A DNA stretch of 64,000 nucleotides, from NCBI GenBank assembly GCA_050951325.1, contig JBMNIW010000001.1, positions 256,001-320,000 of the forward strand. Reading direction: 5' to 3'. The translations under genes and the position numbers were made by a program. Source of the stretch: Clostridia bacterium. Its GTDB lineage: Bacteria; Bacillota; Clostridia; UBA1212; DUPL01. Below, in pieces: positions 44,569-54,597 of the stretch. Within the stretch, counting starts at the first letter, position 1, and each line of letters opens with the position of its first letter. Under the pieces are notes generated by a model. The model was not told where the DNA came from. It saw nothing but the letters and a program-made list of their open reading frames with translations, and made no database searches.

Positions 44569-45477
44569 TTATTCTCTTAAAATTTCGAGGTACTGGCACA
44601 ATATATCTCTTACATATTCACCTATGAGAAAAACCATTGGAGATTCATCTGTGTTGTTAAAATACTGGTTCAAACCGTCGATATGTTTCTCCTTGTCCGC
44701 ATATTTGATAATAATGGGCGGGTAACCTGCCTGCATAAGCATTAGATTAAGTAACAAGAATCCTGTCCTGCCATTACCTTCAATAAACGGATGTATCCTG
44801 CTGTATTCCAAGTAAAAAAGAACTGCTTTTTCAATCGGATGTCTGCTGCCTTTATCAAGTGAAGCAACCAACCTTTCCATCATAACAGGGACCAGATCAG
44901 GCTTTGGATGATTGTATTCGCTCGCAATGTTTACGCTTCTGTATTCACCTCTGTGCTGATAATTATCAACCATGACAAGGGAGTGAATCTCACGAATCAC
45001 CCATTCGGAAATAGGAATATTGTCGCTTAAAAGAGACATGACATATCTTGCTGCATCTCCATATCCAACAGTTTCAAGCTGGTCTTTCAAGGGTTTGCCT
45101 TCAAGCGTAACTCCCTGTAAAACTTGTGAGATTTCTTCAAGCGTCAAACTGTTCCCTTCCATGGCAACGGAGTTGTATGTAAACTCCACCAGGAAATCCT
45201 CCAACAGTTTTACTATCTCTCTTCTTGTCAGCCTGTTCCTGCTGACAGTCTCATGTTTCATCTTGTCAATCGATGCAAACAGTGTTTTATACCTTTTTGG
45301 TATATATACTCCCCTGTAGCTTCTGTTATCTATAGGCCTAATTGCATCTTTAGGAATTAGATAGGACCTGCCTTTTCTAATTACTCCTTCCACTCTACCT
45401 TCCGCACAAAAGGCACATACGCGCCTTTCTGAAACACCCCATTTCGCAGCAGCTTCCTTTACTGTAATATACTCCAC
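44569..45477 (-). CDS. Fic-domain protein with N-terminal HTH
   Basis: TVKEAAAKWGVSERRV HTH; SVAMEGN inhibitory motif; HPFIEGNGRTGF. Confidence 0.88.
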   Translation of the reverse strand: MEYITVKEAAAKWGVSERRVCAFCAEGRVEGVIRKGRSYLIPKDAIRPIDNRSYRGVYIPKRYKTLFASIDKMKHETVSRNRLTRREIVKLLEDFLVEFTYNSVAMEGNSLTLEEISQVLQGVTLEGKPLKDQLETVGYGDAARYVMSLLSDNIPISEWVIREIHSLVMVDNYQHRGEYRSVNIASEYNHPKPDLVPVMMERLVASLDKGSRHPIEKAVLFYLEYSRIHPFIEGNGRTGFLLLNLMLMQAGYPPIIIKYADKEKHIDGLNQYFNNTDESPMVFLIGEYVRDILCQYLEILRE

Positions 45478-45708
45478 AACCCATCCTCCCATTTTTATAC
45501 CTTTCAAGTATCTGCTTTTCCCTTTGTTTTACACCATCCCAATAAATTGGCTATTATATCAATTATCTCATGCACGAGCCTTGTTCCGTCAACATGCAGA
45601 ATTTCGCAGGACATGGACTTTACCCAGTTGCTCGTACATGTCACCACCTTTCAGGACTTTTGTCACCCAGGTCTGCGTTTACCGCAGTTTTGATAAACTT
45701 GTCACTCA

Positions 45709-46224
45709 TTAAAGGTTATACCTCTCTTTAACATATTCAAGCATAAATGTTTCTCTTGGAACCCAGCCCTGACAAGGGTAGGACCTCATAAGCTTTTTGT
45801 TAGCTTCAATAGCTTTATCAATATCAACCCATACAGGAATTAGACCAAGAGCTATCTCATAATCATCCAATGACTGCTTGCCGAAGTTTAAGTCTACATC
45901 ACATGAATAGTAATATGATATTCTCTTAAAGATATCATAGTCCTCTTCAATAGGAATATCATATTCAATAACCTTGCCTATCTCCTCATTTATAGACAGT
46001 ACTTCAGTACCACATTCTTCTTTAATTTCTCTGACAAGGGCCTCTTCAAAGGATTCTCCTTCATCGACACCTCCGCCTGGAAATTTGTAATCACCACCAT
46101 TTGTCGAGTACACCATTAGGATTGTTTTTCCTCTTAAAACAACTCCTCTTACAGCGTTCCTTGCAATCGTTTTGCCTACTGTGTTGACGTTCGGCTTTCT
46201 CATTATTTCCTTTAATATCTTCAT
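45709..46224 (-). CDS. NUDIX hydrolase
   Basis: GGGVDEGESFEEALVREIKEECG Nudix box. Confidence 0.92.
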   Translation of the reverse strand: MKILKEIMRKPNVNTVGKTIARNAVRGVVLRGKTILMVYSTNGGDYKFPGGGVDEGESFEEALVREIKEECGTEVLSINEEIGKVIEYDIPIEEDYDIFKRISYYYSCDVDLNFGKQSLDDYEIALGLIPVWVDIDKAIEANKKLMRSYPCQGWVPRETFMLEYVKERYNL

Positions 46225-46248
46225 AGCTCACCTATACCAAACTCTTCT

Positions 46249-46809
46249 TTATCGAATCAATATGTACTTTATGTCCTGAAAACTCTTCTTTAGTTGTTCC
46301 GAATAATATTCACTTTTCTTATAAATCTTGAAACCGCATTTCTCAATAACCCTTCTTGACTGCATATTTTCTACAAAATGTCCAACTGTCAAAGCATTCA
46401 AATTCAGTTTGTCAAAGCAAAACTTAATAACTGCACTGACAGCCTCAGGCATAAGGCCCATGCCCCAGTAATCTTTAGAAAGAACATAACCAATTTCTTT
46501 TATCTTAAGGTTCTTGTATTCATGCTCTTCATTGGCCCATGAGTAATGCAGGCCCAAAGAACCAATAACCTTGTTGTTTTCCTTGAATACAACGGCAAGC
46601 ACATTTTTATCTGCTATGAATAAATGCAAGATATTTCTTGATTCTTCAATAGATTTATGATGCGGCCAGCCTGCCATCTCTCCAACGCCTTCTACCGATG
46701 CATACTCATACAAATCATCAAGGTCACTTTCCAACCAGGGACGAAGCACCAACCTTTGTGTTTCAATTATTGTATTGGATAAATCAATTTCCACATCCAC
46801 CAAAAACAC
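46249..46809 (-). CDS. GNAT (RimJ/RimL-like) acetyltransferase
   Basis: ETQRLVLRP, EIGYVLSKDYWGMGLMPEA, NMQSRRVIEKCGF. Confidence 0.9.
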   Translation of the reverse strand: MFLVDVEIDLSNTIIETQRLVLRPWLESDLDDLYEYASVEGVGEMAGWPHHKSIEESRNILHLFIADKNVLAVVFKENNKVIGSLGLHYSWANEEHEYKNLKIKEIGYVLSKDYWGMGLMPEAVSAVIKFCFDKLNLNALTVGHFVENMQSRRVIEKCGFKIYKKSEYYSEQLKKSFQDIKYILIR

Positions 46810-46825
46810 TCCCTTTAATCAAAGT

Positions 46826-47605
46826 CTATTCCCAAAGATAACTGGTCATGGTTACCGAACCAAGCACGCATGCCTTGTTGTATACACTAACTTCATCATT
46901 CCTGCTGGATGCACCAAGTGCATAAAGAAGCGGGTAATAGTGGTCAGGAATTGGCACAGAATACTTGGCACACTCTCCAGCTTGATGATACAGCATAATC
47001 CTGTCATGGTTTGCATCCATGATATTGTCGTGGATGTAGTCGTCAAACTCATATGCCCAGTCGTAGCCTTTGTTCTCCATATTCCAGTCTACCATCCTCA
47101 AATTGTGAACAATATTGCCACTGCAGAATATGAGAACATTGTGGTTTCTCAAAGCCCCCAGCTCCTTGCCAATCATGTAATGCACTTCCGGAGGCGCATT
47201 TCTATCAACACTTAATTGAAGCACGGGTATGTCTCTATCGGGATACATGTGTACCAGTACCGACCAGGTCCCATGGTCTATTCCCCAAGTGTTGTCATAC
47301 TCGCTGTCCTTTGTAACCAGTGCTTTGACAACCTTGGCTACTGTGGGAGAGCCGGGACAATCATACACAATCTCATAAAGTGGCCTTGGAAAACCATACA
47401 TGTCGTAAATGGTCTTTGGATTTTCCTCATTGTTTATCTTTGTACCTCTTGTGTACCAGTGGGCTGAAACGGACAAAATCGCCTCAGGTTTTGGAATCTT
47501 CCTTGCAATTTCTTTCCACGACCTTGAAAACTGGTTGTCTTCAATTGCATTCATGGGTGAACCATGACCAACAAACAAAACCGGCATCTTCGACATATAT
47601 CTCAC
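46826..47605 (-). CDS. ygiD: 4,5-DOPA extradiol dioxygenase (YgiD/LigB family)
   Basis: FVGHGSPMN, VSAHW, GIDHGTW, SGNIVHNL, PDHYYPL. Confidence 0.85.
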   Translation of the reverse strand: MRYMSKMPVLFVGHGSPMNAIEDNQFSRSWKEIARKIPKPEAILSVSAHWYTRGTKINNEENPKTIYDMYGFPRPLYEIVYDCPGSPTVAKVVKALVTKDSEYDNTWGIDHGTWSVLVHMYPDRDIPVLQLSVDRNAPPEVHYMIGKELGALRNHNVLIFCSGNIVHNLRMVDWNMENKGYDWAYEFDDYIHDNIMDANHDRIMLYHQAGECAKYSVPIPDHYYPLLYALGASSRNDEVSVYNKACVLGSVTMTSYLWE

Positions 47606-47628
47606 AGTCCCTTCTTCATTTCGTTTTA

Positions 47629-48063
47629 CTATATCACATTATGCTTGTCCGGATTTATCAGAAAACTCTTTATCTCCTTTATCTTGGCCTTCTTGCCAAA
47701 GCTGCCAAATACATATACATCACAAAACTCAAAGTTTCCTTTGGCAAAATGATAGCATCCGTAGACAGCGGCAACATTTCCATGGGTAATAACATTCGCA
47801 ACTTCTATTTTGCTCAAATCCATGTCGACAAGGTTCTTTATACTGTTTAAAACTTCTTTCTTGCCCAAAAGCTTTTTAACACCAACCACATCCAACATGA
47901 CATCTTCAGCAACATGCTCAAGTATGAAGTCATCATCTTTTTCCGTTATGGCTTTGTATATTTCTATAAGCAAAATCTTCTTGGGTGAATTACCGCAGTG
48001 CTCCGGATAAACTATCATCATAACACCTAACTCCATTTTTTGATAATACATATACATTACCAA
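47629..48063 (-). CDS. NTF2/SnoaL-like protein
   Basis: CGNSPKK, NVITHGNVAAV, FCDVYVF; true start uncertain. Confidence 0.7.
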   Translation of the reverse strand: MVMYMYYQKMELGVMMIVYPEHCGNSPKKILLIEIYKAITEKDDDFILEHVAEDVMLDVVGVKKLLGKKEVLNSIKNLVDMDLSKIEVANVITHGNVAAVYGCYHFAKGNFEFCDVYVFGSFGKKAKIKEIKSFLINPDKHNVI

Positions 48064-48090
48064 ATTTTAGGCCAACATGCAAAAGAATAA

Positions 48091-49572
48091 TTACTCAATT
48101 TCTACAACTTTTGTGCTGATGTTGTTTCTAAAAGCCTCGTCATGCTCAACAAACAAAAGTGTCGGACAATACTCAAGAATCAACTTCTCTATCTGCATGC
48201 GTGAGAACACGTCAATGTAGTTTAAAGGTTCATCCCAGACATAAAGGTGTGCCTGCTCGCAAAGACTTTTAGCAAGAAGCACTTTCTTTTTCTGACCAGC
48301 GCTAAAGTCCGCTATGTCTTTGTCAAACTGTTCTCTTCCAAAGTCGAGCTTCCTGAGTATTGTTTTAAACTGGGTTTCATCAATCCCATTTTCATATGCA
48401 AAATCAGAAAGATTTCCGTACAGCCATGATGTATCCTGTGAAATGTATGAAACTTTCAGTCCGCTGGCAACTATCAAGCTGCCTGAATATTGAATTCCCT
48501 CCCCAACAATTAGTTTAAGAATACTGGTTTTGCCACTTCCATTTCTGCCTGCAAGGGCAACTCTGTCGCCTGCATTTATGGCAAAGTTCAGACTGCTAAA
48601 AACAATCCTGTCGCCATAGAAAATGGCAAGGTCCTTTGCTTCAACCAAGGTTCTTTTATAAAATTCAAGAGGCGTTATCTTAAGGTCGTCGTATTCTTCA
48701 ATATTATGAAGAAGCTCTGACTTTTGACTGATTGCCTTCATTTTTCTTGCCTCAATATTTTTTGCCCTCTTCATCGCCTTTGCTGACTTGTGTCCTACAT
48801 AACCTTTATCAAGCTTTATACCGGAATCATCTTTCCCATACTTGCTTTTTTCCACCCGATGAGCCCAAACAGCGCTTCTTCTTGTAGCCTCCGATAGCCT
48901 CTTTATCTCTCCCACAAGCTTTCTATTCTCTGCAATTTCAAAATTATCCTGCCTCATCTTGTTCTCCCACCAGGAAGAAAAATCGCCTTTCTGCACCTCG
49001 ATATTCGTTTTGTTTATGGATAATACATGATCTATGCATGTATCAAGAAGATTTCTGTCATGGGATACCAAAATGAATCCCTTCTTGTTCTTTAGATAAT
49101 TTACAAGCACCCTTCTTGCATCAATATCCAGATGGTTTGTAGGTTCGTCAAGCAAGAGAAAGCAATTCCTTCTTAAAAACATGGATGCCAGCAAAACCTT
49201 TGTCTGTTCGCCATTAGACAAGGTTGCAAATGGTCTGTACAAAATATCTTCTTCAACATCCAACAAGGATAATTCTTTTACCTTTTCCCACTCCATGCAT
49301 TCAGGACAGATTTCATTCATTACATCAATAGTAAAACGGGTTTTATCCTCCACTTCATAGGGAAAATATTCAAACTCAACTGATGCGCTTATGCTTCCTG
49401 AATACTCATACTCACCCATCAAAAGTTTAAGAAAGGTGGTTTTTCCTCTTCCATTCCTTCCTATAAAACCAAGCTTCCAGTCCGTATCTATTTGAAAACT
49501 AACATCCTCAAAAATATTGTCGTAACTCCCATCGTAGGAAAAAGTAAGGTTTGAAACGTTTATTAGTGACAT
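48091..49572 (-). CDS. ABC-F ribosomal protection protein, Lsa/CplR-like
   Basis: MSLINVSNLTFSYDGSYDNIF, two ABC cassettes (GRNGRGKT, GRNGSGKT), linker DKGYVGHKSAKAMKRAK, no TM. Confidence 0.9.
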   Translation of the reverse strand: MSLINVSNLTFSYDGSYDNIFEDVSFQIDTDWKLGFIGRNGRGKTTFLKLLMGEYEYSGSISASVEFEYFPYEVEDKTRFTIDVMNEICPECMEWEKVKELSLLDVEEDILYRPFATLSNGEQTKVLLASMFLRRNCFLLLDEPTNHLDIDARRVLVNYLKNKKGFILVSHDRNLLDTCIDHVLSINKTNIEVQKGDFSSWWENKMRQDNFEIAENRKLVGEIKRLSEATRRSAVWAHRVEKSKYGKDDSGIKLDKGYVGHKSAKAMKRAKNIEARKMKAISQKSELLHNIEEYDDLKITPLEFYKRTLVEAKDLAIFYGDRIVFSSLNFAINAGDRVALAGRNGSGKTSILKLIVGEGIQYSGSLIVASGLKVSYISQDTSWLYGNLSDFAYENGIDETQFKTILRKLDFGREQFDKDIADFSAGQKKKVLLAKSLCEQAHLYVWDEPLNYIDVFSRMQIEKLILEYCPTLLFVEHDEAFRNNISTKVVEIE

Positions 49573-49574
49573 AA

Positions 49575-49800
49575 AAATCCCTCCTAACAAAATCAAGCCG
49601 CAAGAAAGTCAAACTTCTTACGGCTTAAATACACAAACAACCCTTTTTCCCAAATCAAAAGGTACGTTTATCAAGTAAAGAATGTTCAACTTTCCTGCTA
49701 TTTACACGCAAAAACATGCGGTCTATAACCGCTGTGACAAAGCCCTATATTTTGTGCATACCTGTTAGCAAGAAAAGTTGTACATCCTTTCACCTCCAAT
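49575..49800 (-). promoter_or_regulatory. Attenuator leader with uORF MYNFSC (49765-49785)
   Basis: GGAGGTG RBS + 6-codon uORF; uORF complementary to TAGCAGGAAAGTTG downstream; hairpin 49595-49626 before ABC-F RBS. Confidence 0.75.
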
Positions 49801-49868
49801 TAATCCAATTATATCACATATTCATAAAAATCTACAATATAATTTTCACAAATCCGGACGCAAGCATT

Positions 49869-50057
49869 TTAACTAAAATAATCATATGCAATAGAATCGA
49901 GTTGTGCTTTGATTTTCTCAAAAGAACACCCCAGGTCCAAAGTACGAACACTAATTTTATTCCCACTCATTCTGTAATCATAATCTGGCAATATCTCTTC
50001 ATCCGTTCTTGCATACAACAGCATTCCAGATACTTCATGGGGCCTTCCGCATAGCTC
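49869..50057 (-). pseudogene. mcrC: McrC-like C-terminal fragment
   Basis: Manual translation PHEVSGMLLYARTDEEILPDYDYRMSGNKISVRTLDLGCSFEKIKAQLDSI. Confidence 0.75.
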
Positions 50058-51117
50058 CGACTATTTGATTCTGTCCTTTCTTTGCAAAAACAATATCACC
50101 AGGTTTCATTTCATGTACAAACTGCCATGTTGCCAAGGCCGAATTTCTAAAAGAAAAATTAGGACCTATCCTTTCTTTCATAGCTTTCTGCATTTCGTCT
50201 TTACTTGAGTATTGTAACAAGTCACCAATCTCATCCCAACCAATGCCCATAATACCTTTCTCGTAAAATTCATCCCACATTGAAGCATTATCACCAGGTG
50301 AATATATCCAATAATGTACTGTGCTAACATCCTCATCTGCAAGTCCGTCTCCTTTGCTGTCACGGATTGCTCTTCCTTTTTCTTTTGAAAACAGCCAAGC
50401 ATTATGTGATAGTTCGGGAAAACTCTTGTACTTGTCCGTGCTTAATGCATATTCTTTTAGTTTTTTTACAATTGCAAAGTATTTTCCGGAGGGAATTTTC
50501 CCTTCAATCTCAGGCAATGATGCAACGTGTTCTTCCGGGAATTCACCTGATTTATATATGTATTGAACGTTATGTTTGTCAAGACTAATGAAATCGTATG
50601 GTGCAATCCAGTAAAGGCCTATGGTCAGCTTACTGTTGCCTATGCCTTTTTTGCTCATGGCAAGATCAAAATATCGCCCAACAGTTTCTCGTTTGTCACC
50701 TGTTGGATTTTCTACATATTGCAATGCATATTCAAACAATTCCCACAACTCATTTATATCATTGTCGCCTCTGTCACCAAGGAAGTAATAGAAAGTGGCG
50801 TTTTGCGGGTTTACAACAGGAATTCCTGAAAAGTCTGTTGGTATTGGGTTTGTTAACCCAAAGATGTCAGCAATAGCAGCTATTACTCTTTTACGTGAGT
50901 TTTCTCCAAGACCTTTGCTAAACAGACCAATCACAGTAAATGGATCAATATCCACTATCTGATTGTCCCTCTCCAACGTTGGCATAGCAATTCCTGTAAC
51001 CTCATAAATACGCCGTACCTTCTCAATCAATTCATGTCGATTATCCTTATACTTTCGCAGCACCTGAGCAAACTCTTCATAAAAATTCACCCAGTCGAAC
51101 TTGTTCTCTTTCATCAT
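50035..51117 (-). pseudogene. mcrB: McrB-like N-terminal fragment lacking the AAA/GTPase domain
   Basis: FDWVNFYEEFA, DIDPFTV, YWIYSPG..WDEFYEKGIMGIGW, MKPGDIVFAK; ends abruptly and abuts McrC tail. Confidence 0.65.
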
Positions 51118-51299
51118 ACTAACTCCCTGTTACACATTGTATTTGATTAAAATTATATAGTATCGCCTCCAAATGGTAAAGGTTATGTTTTATATATAAA
51201 GTCCAAGTTTTATGAATTGAGACACCTGCAGGTTTTCAATTAATTCGTAGTTAAAACCAACGTTCCTCCAAAACGGCTAATTGTATGTAGCTCTGAATT

Positions 51300-51452
51300 T
51301 TACTCAGCAACTCCCTTCAACTCCTCATACTCAATCCTGTTACGCCCCAACATCTTTGCTTTGTATAGCAATCTATCAGCAGTAGATACAATGTCCTCAA
51401 GCAATATATCCGGCGAATAACGAACTGTAGTAACACCAAAGCTTGCTGTTAC
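51300..51452 (-). pseudogene. GGDEF diguanylate cyclase C-terminal remnant
   Basis: VTASFGV...ADRLLYKAKMLGRNRI. Confidence 0.75.
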
Positions 51453-51454
51453 TA

Positions 51455-51790
51455 GAAGTCACTGATGGCTTTAAGAGACTAATGTGCCATTATGGCTTCA
51501 AAAGCAATTTTTACAACCCAAACTCTGGTCATGAAAAAGGATCTGCCGAGAATTATGTTGGAACAAGCCGAAGAAATATGTTTGTACCTGTGCCACGTAT
51601 AGAGGATTTGTAAAAGCTGTGCCCTTTCACTTTATATGCTGTACAAATTGCTTATGTGGCGAATAATGTTCAAGAGAATGTAGTCATTAGAAAAAATAAA
51701 TAGTTTAAATAGCGAGGTGCATGGATTTTAACTTCCGCACTGCAGGGTTTTTAACTTCCGCGCTGCACGGATTTATACTTGCCAAACACA
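51455..51790 (+). mobile_element. Internally deleted IS21-family remnant
   Basis: IstA fragment HYGFKSNFYNPNSGHEKGSAENYVGTSRRNMFVPVP; repeats TTTTAACTTCCGC.CTGCA and end ...GCCAAACACA. Confidence 0.8.
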
Positions 51791-51857
51791 AACTTGGCAG
51801 TGTTCACCTCAAATACAATGACATGGTATACCCCATAACTATGGTTATATTGACAGG

Positions 51858-52178
51858 ATAATTGCACTCATTCCTGCGCTTGAAGAATCAGGTTTTATAT
51901 ATCGTAAACACAATGTGGCGGATGTCATGCTTTTTGTATGTAGAGACAAAAATGCAGATATAAGGACCCATCATATTCATGTAGTCAGATCAGGAAACAA
52001 TGAATGGTACAATTATATAAACTTCAGGAATTACTGGGCCCTGAGAGCAAAAACATGAAGCCCTTAAGCTTCGGCTTATGAGTGAACATTTGATCAACAG
52101 ATTAGCCTATTACGCATTTTGTACCCATGTTTTAATATGGTCGCACAGCTCGACTAATCCCCGTTTTAAACCAAGCAT
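51858..52178. pseudogene. GrpB (UPF0157) family fragments on opposite strands
   Basis: + strand RTHHIHVV...WYNYINFRNY; - strand RBS + MLGLKRGLVELCDH at 52110-52178. Confidence 0.65.
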
Positions 52179-52422
52179 ATCTAACCTCTCCAGGATAATA
52201 ATGGACTAAATATATCATATAGTCCCTCTGTATATAACACCTGGTCGAATTATCTCGTATAATTCTTTAAGATCCTTTCCCACCCTATCCTACTCTTGAT
52301 TTCTTTCTATTCCCACTCCTGCTTCAACTAAACGCAAAACTTGTCACACAAACAGCGCACACCTAAAACCAGAGTTGCATATACTATTATTACAAAAATC
52401 CTAAATACATAGGGAGGTTTCT

Positions 52423-53617
52423 ATGAAAATAAAATGTTTTTACATTTTTACTATATTAATATTATTAACTTGCATATTTATCATACCTAACAAGGTATCC
52501 GCACAATCGCCAACTGCTACACTTAGAGTTGATGGGGGAGCACCTATTCCCTATGACTCAGTGCAAGATGCTATAGATGATATTGAATTTATTGTAGGAA
52601 CAGAGTTCCTTGTAGAAATTGCTAATGGCACTGTAACTGAAGCGATAAACATTTTACAGCACACGGATAAGAATGTTTATATCAGACCGCAATCCGGTGC
52701 AACAGTTACGGTTACGAACACAATTACAATTGACGGAAACGGACAAATTGACGGTCGTGAATCCGTTGTCATCGAAAACATCATATTTGATTTTACAGAT
52801 GATAGCGCTCCGGCAGAATGCATATACTTAAATTTAATACCTGGCAGAGTCGGGAACGCATATACTCATAATGTCTTTGTAAACGGATGTACTTTCAACG
52901 GCATTTATGACAAGACTGTGGCTGTAAGAAGCACGACGGGCGGTACGAGGAACCTGTCAATTATGAACAGCACCGCTACCGACATGCACAGTCTCGTTCA
53001 GCTAAGAGCTTTGTCAGGCTTTGCCTTTATCCAAAATGTTACCTTGCAAAACTCCGATGGTGGGGTTAACTTCTTTGGCGAAGAACCTATTCTGTATATT
53101 GACAGCTGCAACTTTGATGTAACGGGATATGCCGTTCGCAGTGGTCAGACAACGGGAAATATCAGAACTCTTGGCGCAGTTAATATAAACAACAGTATTC
53201 TTACGTCCAACTCTCCAGGAATAGGTACTATTGTTTTGAGAGGAGACAGTACGAACAATATAAACATTATCCATTCGAATATAACCAACAACGAGGGCGG
53301 GCCGTACATTCAAAATGAAAACGATGACAGCATACAGCACATATGACATTGACCTCGTTGAGTCCAATGTTTCAGGTCAAGTTGACCGTATCGCCACAGC
53401 CACTATGTCAGTTATTGATGCACCAAATGTTAAAAACGGCCCAATTTGTGTGCAAAGTTCAAACGGCAACGGTGATAACGGTAACGGCGATAACGGCAAC
53501 GACTTGATAACAATGCTTTTAACCATAATTCTGGTTGTCTTGGCCATCGTTCTGATTGCAATACTACTTCCATTTATTGTAGCAATCTTTATTATAAGGC
53601 GTTTACTGCCAAGGTAA
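52423..53617 (+). pseudogene. Secreted beta-helix-like protein with C-terminal TM anchor, frameshift near 53340
   Basis: Signal peptide ending VSA, Asn/Ile-rich repeats; +1 frame continues YDIDLVESN...GNGDNGNGDN...TM + RR. Confidence 0.65.
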
Positions 53618-53628
53618 ATGATCTTAAA

Positions 53629-53662
53629 AATCTAAACACCCACTAGTTTGGGTGTTTAGATT
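53629..53662. terminator. Intrinsic terminator hairpin
   Basis: AATCTAAACACCCA-ctagtt-TGGGTGTTTAGATT. Confidence 0.75.
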
Positions 53663-53820
53663 TCTAATCTATTTATAATACATAACGGTAATGGAAGTGC
53701 TTGTTGCCGCCATGTATATTCACCAACCAAATAAATATTGACCTGTTAATATCACTATTCTACAGAAAATGTACAAGCAGTATACTCGTCCTCTAGTATC
53801 CCAGGCAGACAGACAACTAC

Positions 53821-54597
53821 TTATCCATGGTCTGCATTTCTCCACCACAGCATTGTTCCCAACACACCCATTACATTCGTTACAATCACAACAAGAATCC
53901 CTGCAGCATCGATAGTAGCATCCCCTGTCATACCGCTTGCAACAGCTGGAATAGACCATGGAAAGAGATGTCCATATCCTACTGCTGCAATGATTTGTGC
54001 AAGAACAATAGTGAAAATCATAAAACCAAATGATGATAAATAACCTCTCCCAATACTTGCAAGCAAAGCAACAGGTGAAGAAAGAAAAATTGTTAGCACT
54101 GCACATAGAATATAAAGCTTCACTCCACTAATCAAAACTTCCAATGAGAGCCCAGGTATATAAATCAATACACCTACAATCAGACTGGTCGCAAATACGA
54201 ATACTGATAAAATCAGACACCAAAGATAGATAACAATAAACTTGGAAAGAACTATCATACACCGAGACGTTGGAAGGGCCAACAAATCTTTTATTGTTCT
54301 GTCTGAGTATTCTCTTCCAAATACCCAGCTTGTTACAAACCCAAACACAATAAGGCCACCTATGGCAATAGCTTGGGATATAAGGCTTAAAAATGATGGC
54401 CAGTCCGCTGTACCTACAAACTGTGCTTTTGTTGATATGAGTCCCATCTTTTGTGCAAAATCAGGGTCTTTAAGAACAAACATGAAGAATCCACCAACAA
54501 AAGGAATCAACATTACCGAGAGCAGAGTTATCAAGGGCACCTTTGAGCAAAATAGTTTCTTGGATTCTATAAACACACATGTCAGCAGCCTTCTCAT
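53821..54597 (-). CDS. ABC transporter permease (peptide-antibiotic exporter type)
   Basis: FGREYSDRTIKDLLALP; about 6 TM. Confidence 0.85.
   Translation of the reverse strand: MRRLLTCVFIESKKLFCSKVPLITLLSVMLIPFVGGFFMFVLKDPDFAQKMGLISTKAQFVGTADWPSFLSLISQAIAIGGLIVFGFVTSWVFGREYSDRTIKDLLALPTSRCMIVLSKFIVIYLWCLILSVFVFATSLIVGVLIYIPGLSLEVLISGVKLYILCAVLTIFLSSPVALLASIGRGYLSSFGFMIFTIVLAQIIAAVGYGHLFPWSIPAVASGMTGDATIDAAGILVVIVTNVMGVLGTMLWWRNADHG

Noticed and set aside
51722-51790. Short repeats as a CRISPR array
   Set aside because: Two to three adjacent ~23-bp units without spacers, no cas genes; explained as IS21 end
53461-53503. GGCAAC/GATAAC repeats as a non-coding element
   Set aside because: Encodes the GNGDN linker
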